From NCBI GenBank assembly GCA_965248265.1, contig CBDFJF010000002.1, positions 3,488,001 to 3,552,000 of the forward strand: a stretch of DNA of 64,000 nt. Direction: 5' to 3'. The DNA comes from Candidatus Latescibacterota bacterium. Its GTDB lineage: Bacteria; Latescibacterota; UBA2968; UBA8231. Positions 49,874 through 59,524 of the stretch are shown piece by piece (the first letter of the stretch is position 1; every line of letters starts with the position of its first letter). The notes below the pieces were generated by a model. It did no database searches, was not told the origin of the DNA, and saw nothing but the letters and a program-made list of their open reading frames with translations. The translations under genes were made by a program, and so were the position numbers.

Positions 49874-50506
49874 TCACCCAGCTTGTGAAGACGCTGGTGA
49901 CGGGGATTCATCCTTCGCGTCGGCGGCGCTGTCATCCTCAGCTTGCTGCTCCTCGGCCTGGGCGCGGATTGCAGCCTGCTCTTTCTCCACTCGCTCGTCT
50001 TCTCGCGCCCGGGCTTCCTTCAGTAACCGGTTTGTGTGTCTGAGTCTGACCGACATCATCTGAGACAGACGCAAGACGATCTTGAGGCCGAGCCTCGGGT
50101 TGCGCTCGATCAATTCCAAGAGGTCCGGCCGAAAGAAGCCCACAGCCCGACAGGGCGCGCGCGCAATGGCGGAAGCTGTCCGGGCTGACTCGTCGACGAG
50201 TACCTGATCGCCGAAGAAATCGCCTGCGCCGAAACTCGCAAGACGAACATCCTCGCCATTCTCAGCGGTATGCACTATTTCGACCTCTCCTGAGAGGATC
50301 ACGTACATACCGACGCCCATGTCTCCTTCCGTGACAATACACTCGTCGGCTGCGTAGGAGCGTCGATGCAAAATACTCTCGATCTTCTTAAACTCGCGTC
50401 GGTTCAGATCCTTGAAGATGGGCACCTTGATAAGTATTTCGTAGAGCTCATCTTCCGATTGAGAATTGCGACGGAATATGTTGGACCAAAAAGGATCGTC
50501 TGCCAT
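49874..50506 (-). CDS. Cyclic nucleotide-binding domain protein
   Basis: EGD.G.GMYVILSGEV, GDFFGD and RTASA; no HTH domain. Confidence 0.9.
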   Translation of the reverse strand: MADDPFWSNIFRRNSQSEDELYEILIKVPIFKDLNRREFKKIESILHRRSYAADECIVTEGDMGVGMYVILSGEVEIVHTAENGEDVRLASFGAGDFFGDQVLVDESARTASAIARAPCRAVGFFRPDLLELIERNPRLGLKIVLRLSQMMSVRLRHTNRLLKEARAREDERVEKEQAAIRAQAEEQQAEDDSAADAKDESPSPASSQAG

Positions 50507-50642
50507 GAGTATCCCGAGTGTCGTTTACTGATCTACAGCGCAGCGCACCAAAGGTGCGCTCGTGCACCGTGCACGAAACATCGACCGTCCCAATTTAGGG
50601 ACGTCACCGCTCTGAGTGAAGTGGTGTACTGATTCCGACACC

Positions 50643-50677
50643 AAAAAAAACGGCGCACTCAAAAAGAGGCGCCGTTT
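50643..50677 (-). terminator. Intrinsic terminator after trxA
   Basis: AAACGGCGCCTC...GAGTGCGCCGTTT followed by a T-run. Confidence 0.85.
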
Positions 50678-50742
50678 GGAGCATGCCGTTTGGAACATTG
50701 TTGTCAGATGTCGCAACGTGCCTGACATCGGGAAAAACGCGT

Positions 50743-51072
50743 TCAGTTGGTGAGCACGGCATCCAGCTTTTCGGTGATCTGCGTCTTGGGAACGGCACCG
50801 ATCACCTGGTCAGCGACCTTGCCCTCTTTGAAAATCAGCAGGGTCGGAATACTGCGGATACCAAACTCACCAGCGGTTTTTTGCGCCGCGTCGACGTCGA
50901 GTTTACACACCTTGGCGCGACCGTCGTACTCCCCCGCTAGCTCCTCAACAATCGGGGCGACCATCCTGCATGGTCCGCACCAGGCTGCCCAGAAATCTAC
51001 CAGTACCGGTTGATCTGATTGTAGTACCTCTTCAGAGAAATTGTCATCCGTCAAAGCTATTGGTTCGCTCAT
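50743..51072 (-). CDS. trxA: Thioredoxin
   Basis: WCGPC and SIPTL. Confidence 0.98.
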   Translation of the reverse strand: MSEPIALTDDNFSEEVLQSDQPVLVDFWAAWCGPCRMVAPIVEELAGEYDGRAKVCKLDVDAAQKTAGEFGIRSIPTLLIFKEGKVADQVIGAVPKTQITEKLDAVLTN

Positions 51073-51111
51073 TCAATCCTCGCGGCGCTGGGGAACGCAT
51101 TATAAGTGGCA

Positions 51112-51167
51112 AATTAACAGCATGTTATGCGATTTGTCAATATAACTTTCTGCAGAAACCATGTCAA
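51112..51167 (-). promoter_or_regulatory. Two overlapping sigma-70 promoters for trxA
   Basis: TTGACA-N17-TATATT and TTGACA-N17-TTAATT. Confidence 0.65.
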
Positions 51168-51187
51168 CCCTCAGGAAGCGAGGGTGG

Positions 51188-52228
51188 TCAATTCGCCGGA
51201 GGAGTGCCGATTTGTACACGACTCAGGCACAGGTCCATGATCAAACCGCTGTGTCTTCGGCTGTGTGACTTGAGGTTGAGATCGGCTTCAGACAAAGCCT
51301 CAAGCCCCTTCCAGAGTTCACGTGAATTCGCCCGGCCTGCCTGCGATCGGTAGGTGCGCAGGAAGTAAGGCGAAACACCCAATCGGCGACTCAGTTCTGC
51401 CGCTGGCAACCCCTGAGCCTCGAGGGCAGCTGTTTTCAGCAGCAGATTGAGGTGACGATTGATCATGGCCACGATCCGAATGGGCTCTTCGCCCTGATTC
51501 AGAAGCGTCTGCAGAAGGGAAGAGGCCTTCTTTCTGTCACCAACAGCAATCGCGTCGGTAAGCCCAAAGATACTGGCTTCTCCGGAACTGCTGGCCAGGG
51601 CGATAACAGAATCTCGGGTGATGGGGTTCCCCACACCCACGTACAGAGCGAGTTTGTCGATTTCACTGGCGAGTTCGCGAGGGTGGGGACCGACATAGAT
51701 TCGCAATACATCCGCCCCCTCGGGTTCGATGGCGATCCCCTCTTCACGGCAGTGGCGCGTTATCCAGGCAGGGACTTCGTTGTCGTAGAGTGCGGGGAAT
51801 TCCACTCCCTGCCCCAAGGCAGCCATCTGTTTGAACAGCCGCCGTCTTGCATCGACCTTTTCTCCGGTGGCGATAACGATCGTGGAGTCGACCGGATCGC
51901 TGACAATCGGTTCCAGCGCCCGACACTGATCAGCAGACAACCGTTCACAACCCTTGAGCGTCAATACGCGCCTATCCGCCATCACCGGGTAGGCACGGTA
52001 GGCGTCGAGCAGGCGCTCGACTTCGAGGCTGTCGGCGTGGAAGGTTTCCACGTTGAACTCGCGCGCTGCGGTGGGTGCCAAACGCTCGAACAGCCAGCGC
52101 ACGGCACGGTTCCGTCCAAACTCCTCGGCCCCATGAAGGAGATAATATCCGGCCGGATCACTCTCATCCTCAATCTGCGCGCGCAGATCCTCCCAGCCGG
52201 GCTTGCGGCCCTTACCGCGTTTGCTCAA
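51188..52228 (-). CDS. holA: DNA polymerase III delta subunit
   Basis: YLLHGAE, EIDKLALY, IFGLTDAI and EADLNLK. Confidence 0.93.
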   Translation of the reverse strand: MSKRGKGRKPGWEDLRAQIEDESDPAGYYLLHGAEEFGRNRAVRWLFERLAPTAAREFNVETFHADSLEVERLLDAYRAYPVMADRRVLTLKGCERLSADQCRALEPIVSDPVDSTIVIATGEKVDARRRLFKQMAALGQGVEFPALYDNEVPAWITRHCREEGIAIEPEGADVLRIYVGPHPRELASEIDKLALYVGVGNPITRDSVIALASSSGEASIFGLTDAIAVGDRKKASSLLQTLLNQGEEPIRIVAMINRHLNLLLKTAALEAQGLPAAELSRRLGVSPYFLRTYRSQAGRANSRELWKGLEALSEADLNLKSHSRRHSGLIMDLCLSRVQIGTPPAN

Positions 52229-52380
52229 TCGACATCCTCGAAATCTGCATCGATGACCTTCTTCTTCTTCACGAAGGGGCCCGAGCGCCTGCGCGCCTTC
52301 TGGTCACGTCGCCAGCCCAGCGAGCGCGCGAGTTGAAAACACAAGGTACCAAACAGAATGGCAAGCGCGACCTTGAGCAT
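52225..52380 (-). CDS. 51-aa membrane protein ending in VIDADFEDVD
   Basis: Not in the ORF track. MLKVALAILFGTLCFQLARSLGWRRDQKARRRSGPFVKKKKVIDADFEDVD; TTGA overlap with the holA start. Confidence 0.8.
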   Translation of the reverse strand: MLKVALAILFGTLCFQLARSLGWRRDQKARRRSGPFVKKKKVIDADFEDVD

Positions 52381-52405
52381 AGAAGCTTATCTCCTGTGCA
52401 CCGGG

Positions 52406-52867
52406 TCAATCACCAGACGAGGGCCACTTCAGTGGGAAGGGCTCAGTCTTGCCGGCTTGCGTCCACAGCTTCTCCAGGTTCTCAAAATGGTCTTCAACGG
52501 ATCGGCGAATGGTACGAATCTGTTTGCTGGCACTGACAGTAAATGTTGGGAAATCGGGTTCGACGATCTGCTTCAAACCGCGGTCGAGCGCTCTCCCAAG
52601 GGCGTTGTGCGTCGCCTTGATGAACTTGTCGTCGGGACTACCCAGTTTGTCCAATTCTTCCCTATACGCCTGAATGATCTCTCTGACATCACGAGCCTGG
52701 CGTTCGAGCCCTGGGTTACCCAGGTACACCTGGTAGCGTGATAGCTGCTCATTGTACTTCTGTAATGGCCCGAACTGGGTCACGTAGGGAGTCAATTCAT
52801 CCGGCGGTTCCGCGCATCCTCCCACAGCGACCGCCACAACCGCGAGCGAGAGCAAGGTCTTGTACAT
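52406..52867 (-). CDS. Hypothetical helical lipoprotein
   Basis: MYKTLLSLAVVAVAVGGC lipobox; AAGGAG RBS. Confidence 0.8.
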   Translation of the reverse strand: MYKTLLSLAVVAVAVGGCAEPPDELTPYVTQFGPLQKYNEQLSRYQVYLGNPGLERQARDVREIIQAYREELDKLGSPDDKFIKATHNALGRALDRGLKQIVEPDFPTFTVSASKQIRTIRRSVEDHFENLEKLWTQAGKTEPFPLKWPSSGD

Positions 52868-52905
52868 GGCCTTTGTCTCCTTTGAGTTGGACATCCCTTC
52901 CACGT

Positions 52906-53805
52906 TCAGGGTGCCCGCTTGTTGAGTTTCAATTTGACTAGGTTCGCGTTCAGTTCGCCACCCAACAGCAGGGTAAAGGCGATCAGGTACGCCGAGAGAA
53001 GCAGCAGAATCACACCGTACAGAAGTCCGTGAACAAAGTTGTAATAGCCCAAATTCTGCCCGATAAAGTAACCGAATCCGGCAGCGATAAGTGACCATAG
53101 GAGCAAGAACAGGAAACTGCCTGGAAGAACATCCACCCAGCGCTGGTCCACGTTGGGACCGATCCGGTAGATGACAGCCGCCACGACCAGCGCGCCGACG
53201 ATGCCTGCCGCGCGGCGGACAAGACTGGCCAGGGAGGGCATCTGCGTCGACAGGTGCCAGTTGAGACGCAGCCAGTGTTCCACCTGCTCACTGAAGGCGA
53301 TCAGGTTGAACAGAAACACCATGACGATTCCCATCGTCAGGATGAGAATAATCGACAGGATTCGTCTCGACCAGAACGACCGGGATTCATCGGTCTCATA
53401 CGCTCGATTGAGCGCATTCATCGTCGTCGACATGCTGGCCGATGCCGGCCACACAACGCCGAGAATGCCGATGAAGAAAAGACTTTCGGAGGATTCCAAC
53501 ACGTGTTGAACATTATCCGTTACTATGCCTCCCAGATGCCCGGGCACGACGATTCCCAGATCAGTCACCAGTTCGGCGAAGTCCTGAACTGAGATGTCGA
53601 GTACGGAGAGCAGGGTGGTCACCACGAGAATTCCAGGGAACAGGGCGAAGACAAAATCAAAAGCCATGGCAGCCGCTGCATCCGGACACTCATGCTGGTA
53701 CGCGGAGCGGATGGTCTGGCGCAGGACCATGTACCACGGAGTCGTCGCGGACGAATTCGGTTTCAGTTTAGCAGAGGTCCCTTCAGTCCCACGCACCATC
53801 ATCAC
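52906..53805 (-). CDS. YihY/BrkB family membrane protein
   Basis: AAAMAF...ALFP, ALNRAY, YRIGP, VLPG and LLGGELNA. Confidence 0.92.
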   Translation of the reverse strand: MMMVRGTEGTSAKLKPNSSATTPWYMVLRQTIRSAYQHECPDAAAAMAFDFVFALFPGILVVTTLLSVLDISVQDFAELVTDLGIVVPGHLGGIVTDNVQHVLESSESLFFIGILGVVWPASASMSTTMNALNRAYETDESRSFWSRRILSIILILTMGIVMVFLFNLIAFSEQVEHWLRLNWHLSTQMPSLASLVRRAAGIVGALVVAAVIYRIGPNVDQRWVDVLPGSFLFLLLWSLIAAGFGYFIGQNLGYYNFVHGLLYGVILLLLSAYLIAFTLLLGGELNANLVKLKLNKRAP

Positions 53806-54644
53806 GTTCCGAGAATGACAGAGCGCAGGTCCCGCAACAGCTTGAGGGCGGCTTCGAGGTCGCCGGCTTGGTCCGGGGAGTATTCCCTTTCGATGGTCAG
53901 GGCGCCGGTGTATCCGAATGCATGGAGCCGTCGCAGAAACGCCTCTATGTCGACGTCGCCCTCTCCCAGCGGGCAGTCCTCATACCAGGGCTGACCGGCT
54001 TCTCTCTTGTACCGGGCATCCTTGCAGTGCACGCTGCGAATGTAAGTTCCCAGCAGGTCCATGGCTTCGAGCGGGTTTCCGGCATCATAGAGGATCATGT
54101 TGGCCGGATCGAAGTTGACTGCCAGGTTAGGTCGGTCAACCGCCTCGAGGAATGCCAGCAATTCGGCTGCCGTCTCCTGCCCGGTTTCGAGGTGGAAGCT
54201 CTGGCCGTTTCTGCCGCAGCGATCACACACTGCACGCGTCACTTCCACAAGCGGTGCGAACTGAAGGGCCTGGGGATCGCCCGGCACCGCCCCCAGATGC
54301 ATGCCGATGGCTGGAACGCCAAGCGCGTGAGCGAAATCCGCGATCTCCAGGGTCTGCTGCAGCCTGTCTTGCCGGGTGTGCTCGGGAACCAGTCCAACCG
54401 ATTCCTCGACACGTCGAATACTTGAGTAGTCGTCGTCCTCAAAGCCGACGAAAACCACCGTGATGTTGATTCCTGAGTCGTCGAAATTACGCTTGAGCGT
54501 CTCAGCTTGCTCCGGAGTTCGTTGGTCACGATGAGGGGCATGCAGGTGCACGGTTGTCGCCCCGAGTCGGCGCACCTGCTCGAGTCCAGCACCGAGCCCG
54601 GCGCCGGCCGACGTGAATATCCCGGAAGCCCATGGCTCCATCAT
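53802..54644 (-). CDS. Sugar phosphate isomerase/epimerase (AP endonuclease 2 TIM barrel)
   Basis: LETG, NFDPAN, HCKD, GEGDVD and IERE. Confidence 0.9.
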   Translation of the reverse strand: MMEPWASGIFTSAGAGLGAGLEQVRRLGATTVHLHAPHRDQRTPEQAETLKRNFDDSGINITVVFVGFEDDDYSSIRRVEESVGLVPEHTRQDRLQQTLEIADFAHALGVPAIGMHLGAVPGDPQALQFAPLVEVTRAVCDRCGRNGQSFHLETGQETAAELLAFLEAVDRPNLAVNFDPANMILYDAGNPLEAMDLLGTYIRSVHCKDARYKREAGQPWYEDCPLGEGDVDIEAFLRRLHAFGYTGALTIEREYSPDQAGDLEAALKLLRDLRSVILGT

Positions 54645-54732
54645 ACACTCCCTGTATTGTGGTCAGGCGCCCGTGGCACGAGGGGGGGTTGTGCGGCCTT
54701 CGAAAACAGCTCTGGCGGTGTTCGGAGTCTCA

Positions 54733-56508
54733 CTAGAAACGTGTGGAATTGTGAACTTCCGCCGTGTTGCCGCCTTTTTCCTTGGCCCGGTAGAGTGTGG
54801 CAAGGAGAGCATCGTACACAGCGTCCACGGCCTCAGTATCCGATTCGCCGACCCTCCGTTCGACGGTAACGACTCCCAGGCTGGAGGCCAGCGGCAGGCT
54901 CATATCGTCTACCTTGATGTTTGCCGTTCCGAGGGTCCGCCTCATCTCGGTTGCCCGTTGCCGTGCCGCATTGCTATCCATTTGACCCGTCAAGACGAAA
55001 TTAGCCCCGTCCAGCCGATATAACTCGTCTCCTTCTTGCAGGAACCGACGAAGCCCTCTACCAGACTCCTTCAACATCCGGTCGCCGATGTTCCAACCGT
55101 GCTCGCGGTTTACCTTCGACACGTGGTCCAGACCGATAGCGATGCAGGAAATTGGTCCGGATTGCACCAGTGCACGCAGGATCTTTGGCAGGTTGATCCG
55201 GAAAAAGGTCAGTTTATTCGGCAAGCCAGTGAGTGAATCCTTGCCGATCAATTGTCGCCATTTCTTGTTGTCGGCTTCGAGTTCCTTAACCTGCTCTTTG
55301 AGGGTGGTGACTTCACCCTCCAGAACCGACACCTTGCGGGTGGCCTGGTCCTTGTCGGCAGCCGTCCCTTCCTCTACCTCGCTTTCACCCGCCGCCGCGG
55401 CCGTGCCCTTGTCAGCTGCCGGTGGGGAGGATTTGCGCTTGCCCTTGGTGGTCCCCGATTGATCGGCAGGCACCGGGCTCCCGTTCTTCTTGCTCTTCTT
55501 CTTCTTGGTCCCCTTCCCCTTAGCCGGTGCGGGGGTGGCTCCGTCTTCAGCAGCTTCTGTTCCGCCGCGGCTCTTATGTAAAGCGCGCAGCTCACGTCCG
55601 CGCTCGCCCGCCTTCTCCAACATCTCGCGAGCCCGGTTGACTGCGCCACCGACGATGGTCTTGTCGGAGATGATACTCAAACACTGCTGCATCGTCCCAC
55701 TGAAGAAGGTCGCCGCCTTCTTGTGGTCGTCCGCATCATCCGTAAGGGTGTACAGGCGAAACCCGATCTCGGCCAGGAGATACCGCAGACGTAGTTCGTC
55801 TTCAGCCTTGGCTTCCTTCAGGGTCTCGTAGTTGCGTTCGAAATAGGTACGGCTTTGTCTGAGCGCTTCGACCTCGCTCAGTACCACACTGGGCGATCGC
55901 GGATAGTCCTCGTGCGCAGGGAGGTCTTTCTTCCAACGACCCTTGGCTTTCGCCAGACTGGCTGAGATCGATTCAACCGAGGAGTCCGGATAAAACATCT
56001 CCTGATCGCGGTAGAGCCAACCGAGGCGCAGATAGTATCGGGCAATGTTGCCCGGGACGATGCGCATGCGACAGCACTGGCTGAATATGGCGAGATGAAA
56101 CTTGGCGATCGTGCTGCCGAGCTCATCCTCTTCGGCAACCCGCTTCAACAGCGATTGGGTAATGCCTTTACCGGAAGAGCTGGCGTTCTTGATCTGCTGC
56201 AGGGCGGGCTCGTTGAAACTGCGCTTGTAGGTTTGCGCGTCATCTCCAGAGGTTCGGTACTCGGCTTCGTCCAGCTCTCCCGTGAATCCGCATTTGGAGC
56301 ACGTTCCCAGGAAAAACATTTTGGGATCGACCGAGTCGAACCCCGGCTTCCCCCACTTGTAGGTAATCGGGTGACCGTCCCCATCCGTTTTTGCCGCTCG
56401 CGCCATATCCCGCTTGAGCCGGTAGAAGCTGTTGGCGGTCGAGCACACAGCGCACTTGATCTCGTAGGCGCGGCAAATTTGCTGGATCTCTTCCTGTGAG
56501 AGCTTCAA
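54733..56508 (-). CDS. DUF2225-like Zn-finger/helical domain fused to a degenerate GGDEF domain
   Basis: CAVC, CSKC and YLRLGWLYR; C-terminal DSLTGLPN with RLDGANF in place of RxGGDEF. Confidence 0.8.
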   Translation of the reverse strand: MKLSQEEIQQICRAYEIKCAVCSTANSFYRLKRDMARAAKTDGDGHPITYKWGKPGFDSVDPKMFFLGTCSKCGFTGELDEAEYRTSGDDAQTYKRSFNEPALQQIKNASSSGKGITQSLLKRVAEEDELGSTIAKFHLAIFSQCCRMRIVPGNIARYYLRLGWLYRDQEMFYPDSSVESISASLAKAKGRWKKDLPAHEDYPRSPSVVLSEVEALRQSRTYFERNYETLKEAKAEDELRLRYLLAEIGFRLYTLTDDADDHKKAATFFSGTMQQCLSIISDKTIVGGAVNRAREMLEKAGERGRELRALHKSRGGTEAAEDGATPAPAKGKGTKKKKSKKNGSPVPADQSGTTKGKRKSSPPAADKGTAAAAGESEVEEGTAADKDQATRKVSVLEGEVTTLKEQVKELEADNKKWRQLIGKDSLTGLPNKLTFFRINLPKILRALVQSGPISCIAIGLDHVSKVNREHGWNIGDRMLKESGRGLRRFLQEGDELYRLDGANFVLTGQMDSNAARQRATEMRRTLGTANIKVDDMSLPLASSLGVVTVERRVGESDTEAVDAVYDALLATLYRAKEKGGNTAEVHNSTRF

Positions 56509-56586
56509 ATCAACATCCCGTCTGTCTGTTTTTCTGGGCCATACCGAGCAAGTGAAAAACTACGTCGTATGCTCTTGGCGCACAAC

Positions 56587-56621
56587 AAAAGGGGAATGAC
56601 ATCGAATAATGCCACTCCCCT
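56587..56621 (-). terminator. Intrinsic terminator
   Basis: GGGGAGTGGCAT-TATTCG-ATGTCATTCCCC-TTTT. Confidence 0.85.
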
Positions 56622-56649
56622 CTTCGGATTCGCCTGTGAATGAGCCTTG

Positions 56650-56802
56650 CTACATTGGTTGCTTGCTCTCGGCGGGATCAGCCCCTCCGTCCGGTTGGGC
56701 AGAACGAAGCACTGCTCTCACTTCCTTTCTCAAGTTTTGAATTCTGGCGTCTACTTCCTCGATCGAACGCAACAGCTCATCTTCCATCGCATCGGTGGGC
56801 AC
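56650..56802 (-). CDS. 50-aa coiled-coil protein downstream of the sigma factor
   Basis: Not in the ORF track. AGGAGG 7 nt before GTG; MPTDAMEDELLRSIEEVDARIQNLRKEVRAVLRS...; followed by a terminator. Confidence 0.72.
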   Translation of the reverse strand: MPTDAMEDELLRSIEEVDARIQNLRKEVRAVLRSAQPDGGADPAESKQPM

Positions 56803-56904
56803 GGAAAGGCCTCCTGATAAATAAAAGCGACAGGGAGAAGGAGGAGGTACAAAACCACCCCTCGGCGCCGGAGTACACGCTTAGAGGCTTACCTGGGAGG
56901 GAAT

Positions 56905-57765
56905 TCAGGCCTTACTGTAGGTTCTCAACTGGTCGCAGCGACTGGGGTGTCGCAGGCGATGTAGTGCTTTCTCCTTGATCTGACGAACGCGCTCTCGTGT
57001 TAAGCCAAAACGAGCCCCGATCTGATCAAGCGTCATGGGCTCCTCTCCATCCAGCCCGAAGTAAAGCTTGACGATTTCGGCTTCGCGGCCTACAAGCGAG
57101 CCCAGTGCCGTGTCGATCTGGCCACGAAGACAACCACGCATGACCTGATTTTCAGGTGACTCCTGGCGGTCGTCGGCGAGAATATCGAGCAGGCTATGAT
57201 CTTCTTCTTCCTTGAAGGTGGCGTCGAGTGAGCGCATCGAACGTCCGCACAGTAAGGTCTCTCTGACCTCCTCCACGGGAACATCCAGCTCCTTGGCGAT
57301 ATCCTCGGGCTTGGGTGCATCGGAACGCTCTTGCTGAAGAAGGCGGGAGGCTTTCGAGATCTTGTAGAGCAGTCCGATCTTGTTCAACGGTAACCTGACG
57401 GTGCGGGACTGCTCCGCCAGAGCCTGCAGGATCGCCTGCCGGATCCACCATACCGCGTAGGAAATGAACTTGAACCCCTTCTTTTCATCGAAGCGTTCAG
57501 CCGCCGTTATCAAGCCCATGTTGCCGGCACTGATAAGATCCGTCAGCGGCACTCCGCGATTCTGATATTCCTTCGCAACGCTGACAACAAAACGCAGGTT
57601 GGCCTCAACGAGTCGGTTGCGGGCGTACTCGTCCCCTTTTTTTATCTTGCGTGCGAGATTCACCTCTTCCGATGACGACAGAGGTTTAGAGCTTGCGATT
57701 TCCCCAAGGTAACAACCGAGGGAATCTTCCATGTCCCAAAAAGAAGCCTTAGCTGTCTCGGCCAT
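56905..57765 (-). CDS. RpoD/SigA-family sigma-70 factor lacking region 1.1
   Basis: ANLRFVVSVAK, GFKFISYAVWWIRQ and TRERVRQI. Confidence 0.95.
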   Translation of the reverse strand: MAETAKASFWDMEDSLGCYLGEIASSKPLSSSEEVNLARKIKKGDEYARNRLVEANLRFVVSVAKEYQNRGVPLTDLISAGNMGLITAAERFDEKKGFKFISYAVWWIRQAILQALAEQSRTVRLPLNKIGLLYKISKASRLLQQERSDAPKPEDIAKELDVPVEEVRETLLCGRSMRSLDATFKEEEDHSLLDILADDRQESPENQVMRGCLRGQIDTALGSLVGREAEIVKLYFGLDGEEPMTLDQIGARFGLTRERVRQIKEKALHRLRHPSRCDQLRTYSKA

Positions 57766-57865
57766 GGGCCCGTCCTGAGTTGAGGGTTCGAAGACGCCAG
57801 TTCAAGATGCGCTACTACCTCACCATGATCAACGGAGCATGAATTCACACCACGATCAGGCACTA

Positions 57866-57894
57866 AAAATAGCCGGGGCGAAAAAAACTGTCAA
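57866..57894 (-). promoter_or_regulatory. Sigma-70 promoter of the sigma factor gene
   Basis: TTGACA-N17-TATTTT. Confidence 0.65.
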
Positions 57895-57937
57895 GCCGAA
57901 ATATCCGCCCACTCAAACTGCGTCAACCTCAAGAAGT

Positions 57938-58669
57938 TCAATGGGTTGCCGCCAGGGCTTCGGATTGCAACGCCAGTAGCTTCTCGATCCCCGACCAGGC
58001 CATCTCGAGCATCTGTGCTGCCTCTGACCGGGAGAACGACTGGCCTTCGGCAGTGGCCTGGATTTCCACCAATTTACCGTCGCCTGTCATGACGACGTTC
58101 ATGTCCGTATCGGCTTGCGAATCCTCCCGGTAGCAAAGATCCAGCAGAACACGACCCTCAAGAATGCCGACACTTACAGCAGCAATCGCTTGTTGGAGAG
58201 GACTTTTTACTAGTTTACTATCTGATATAATAGCATTAACTGTATCTGCCAGAGCAACATACGCTCCAGTTACAGACGCTGTTCTGGTGCCGCCGTCAGC
58301 TTGAATCACGTCACAATCGATATGAATCGTGCGCTCTCCAAGCAGTTTGAGGTCCAAGGCCGCTCGCAGGCTGCGTCCGATCAGGCGCTGAATCTCCCGG
58401 CCCCGGCTGTTGACTTTGCCGGTTGAAGACTCACGCGGGATACGCTTGGGAGAGGACCCGGGAAGCATGCCATACTCCGCCGTCAACCACCCCTGGCCAG
58501 AGCCGACTAGAAAGCCGGGCACACTGTCCTCTATTGAGGCGGTGCACAATACCTTGGTATCGCCCATGCAGAGGAGGGCAGATCCGGGGACCGTATTCAG
58601 GTACCCACGGGTAATTTCAACAGAACGTAGCTGGTCAGGCAGCCTGCCGTCTCCTCGTGTCGTCGGCAT
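57938..58669 (-). CDS. rph: Ribonuclease PH
   Basis: AEYGMLP, EIQRLIGRSLR, QADGGTRTAS and DMNVVM. Confidence 0.97.
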   Translation of the reverse strand: MPTTRGDGRLPDQLRSVEITRGYLNTVPGSALLCMGDTKVLCTASIEDSVPGFLVGSGQGWLTAEYGMLPGSSPKRIPRESSTGKVNSRGREIQRLIGRSLRAALDLKLLGERTIHIDCDVIQADGGTRTASVTGAYVALADTVNAIISDSKLVKSPLQQAIAAVSVGILEGRVLLDLCYREDSQADTDMNVVMTGDGKLVEIQATAEGQSFSRSEAAQMLEMAWSGIEKLLALQSEALAATH

Positions 58670-58681
58670 CCTACTCCAGTC

Positions 58682-59524
58682 TCAAGCGGATTGGGTGAAC
58701 ATCCGGTAGTCTTCTCCCTCCATGTCCACCATGTAGCACATTTCCAATAACCTGGAGTGGATCCGGCCCTCGGACAGCTGCTGAATTTCAGCAACGGGTT
58801 TGTTCGTCGTGATCACGGTCAGGCGCTCGTCCGCGTACCGGGCGTCCACCAGATCGTAGAGCATTTCAGTTTCCCAGTCGGTGCCACGTTGCACACCAAA
58901 GTCATCGAGTATCAGGTAAGGCATGTCGCACAATTCCTGCATGATCTGCCAGGTACGCCCATAATGATCACTGCCCGACGAGTAGGTGTCGCGCAATTGC
59001 TGGAAGTATTTACGTGACAGATTCAGGAACCGGCCTGGGCGGCCTCGGTGCAGGATCAGCTCATTGAGGATCACACAGGCCAGCAGCGTCTTTCCCGTCC
59101 CCGGGGGGCCATGCAGGAGATACCCTCGACGAGGGTCCCCTCCGTCTTCCAAAACGGCGCCCAGATAGTCAAGCACGGGCTTCACGTTGCGCGTCACTCG
59201 GAGACCAGAGCCACCGCCGGGAGCTGACCAGGAGAAATCTGCTCGGAACTTCCAGCGGAAACGACTCGGCAAGTCAGCGGCTGAGAACAACCGGCCCAGA
59301 CGAGTGAGCTGTCGCCTTGCGGCCGCGCAGGGACAGTATTGCCGACGGGATTCCTCGTCCCAGTACTGAAAAGGAGACTGACCGCCGCAGCGACACAACT
59401 CTTGCACGCAAGCGCACAACTTCAATGTGCCGTGGCGTCCAATAGCAACCTCTGGATCGAACACGACTCCTCGTCCTTGGCAACTGGGACATACAGAAGT
59501 CTGTTCCTGAACCTGTGCGGTCAC
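58682..59524 (-). CDS. DnaC/DnaI/IstB-like AAA+ ATPase with a Cys-rich N-terminus
   Basis: CPSC, CAC and CPC; GPPGTGKT, LILDDFG, TTN and RIHSRL. Confidence 0.88.
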   Translation of the reverse strand: MTAQVQEQTSVCPSCQGRGVVFDPEVAIGRHGTLKLCACVQELCRCGGQSPFQYWDEESRRQYCPCAAARRQLTRLGRLFSAADLPSRFRWKFRADFSWSAPGGGSGLRVTRNVKPVLDYLGAVLEDGGDPRRGYLLHGPPGTGKTLLACVILNELILHRGRPGRFLNLSRKYFQQLRDTYSSGSDHYGRTWQIMQELCDMPYLILDDFGVQRGTDWETEMLYDLVDARYADERLTVITTNKPVAEIQQLSEGRIHSRLLEMCYMVDMEGEDYRMFTQSA

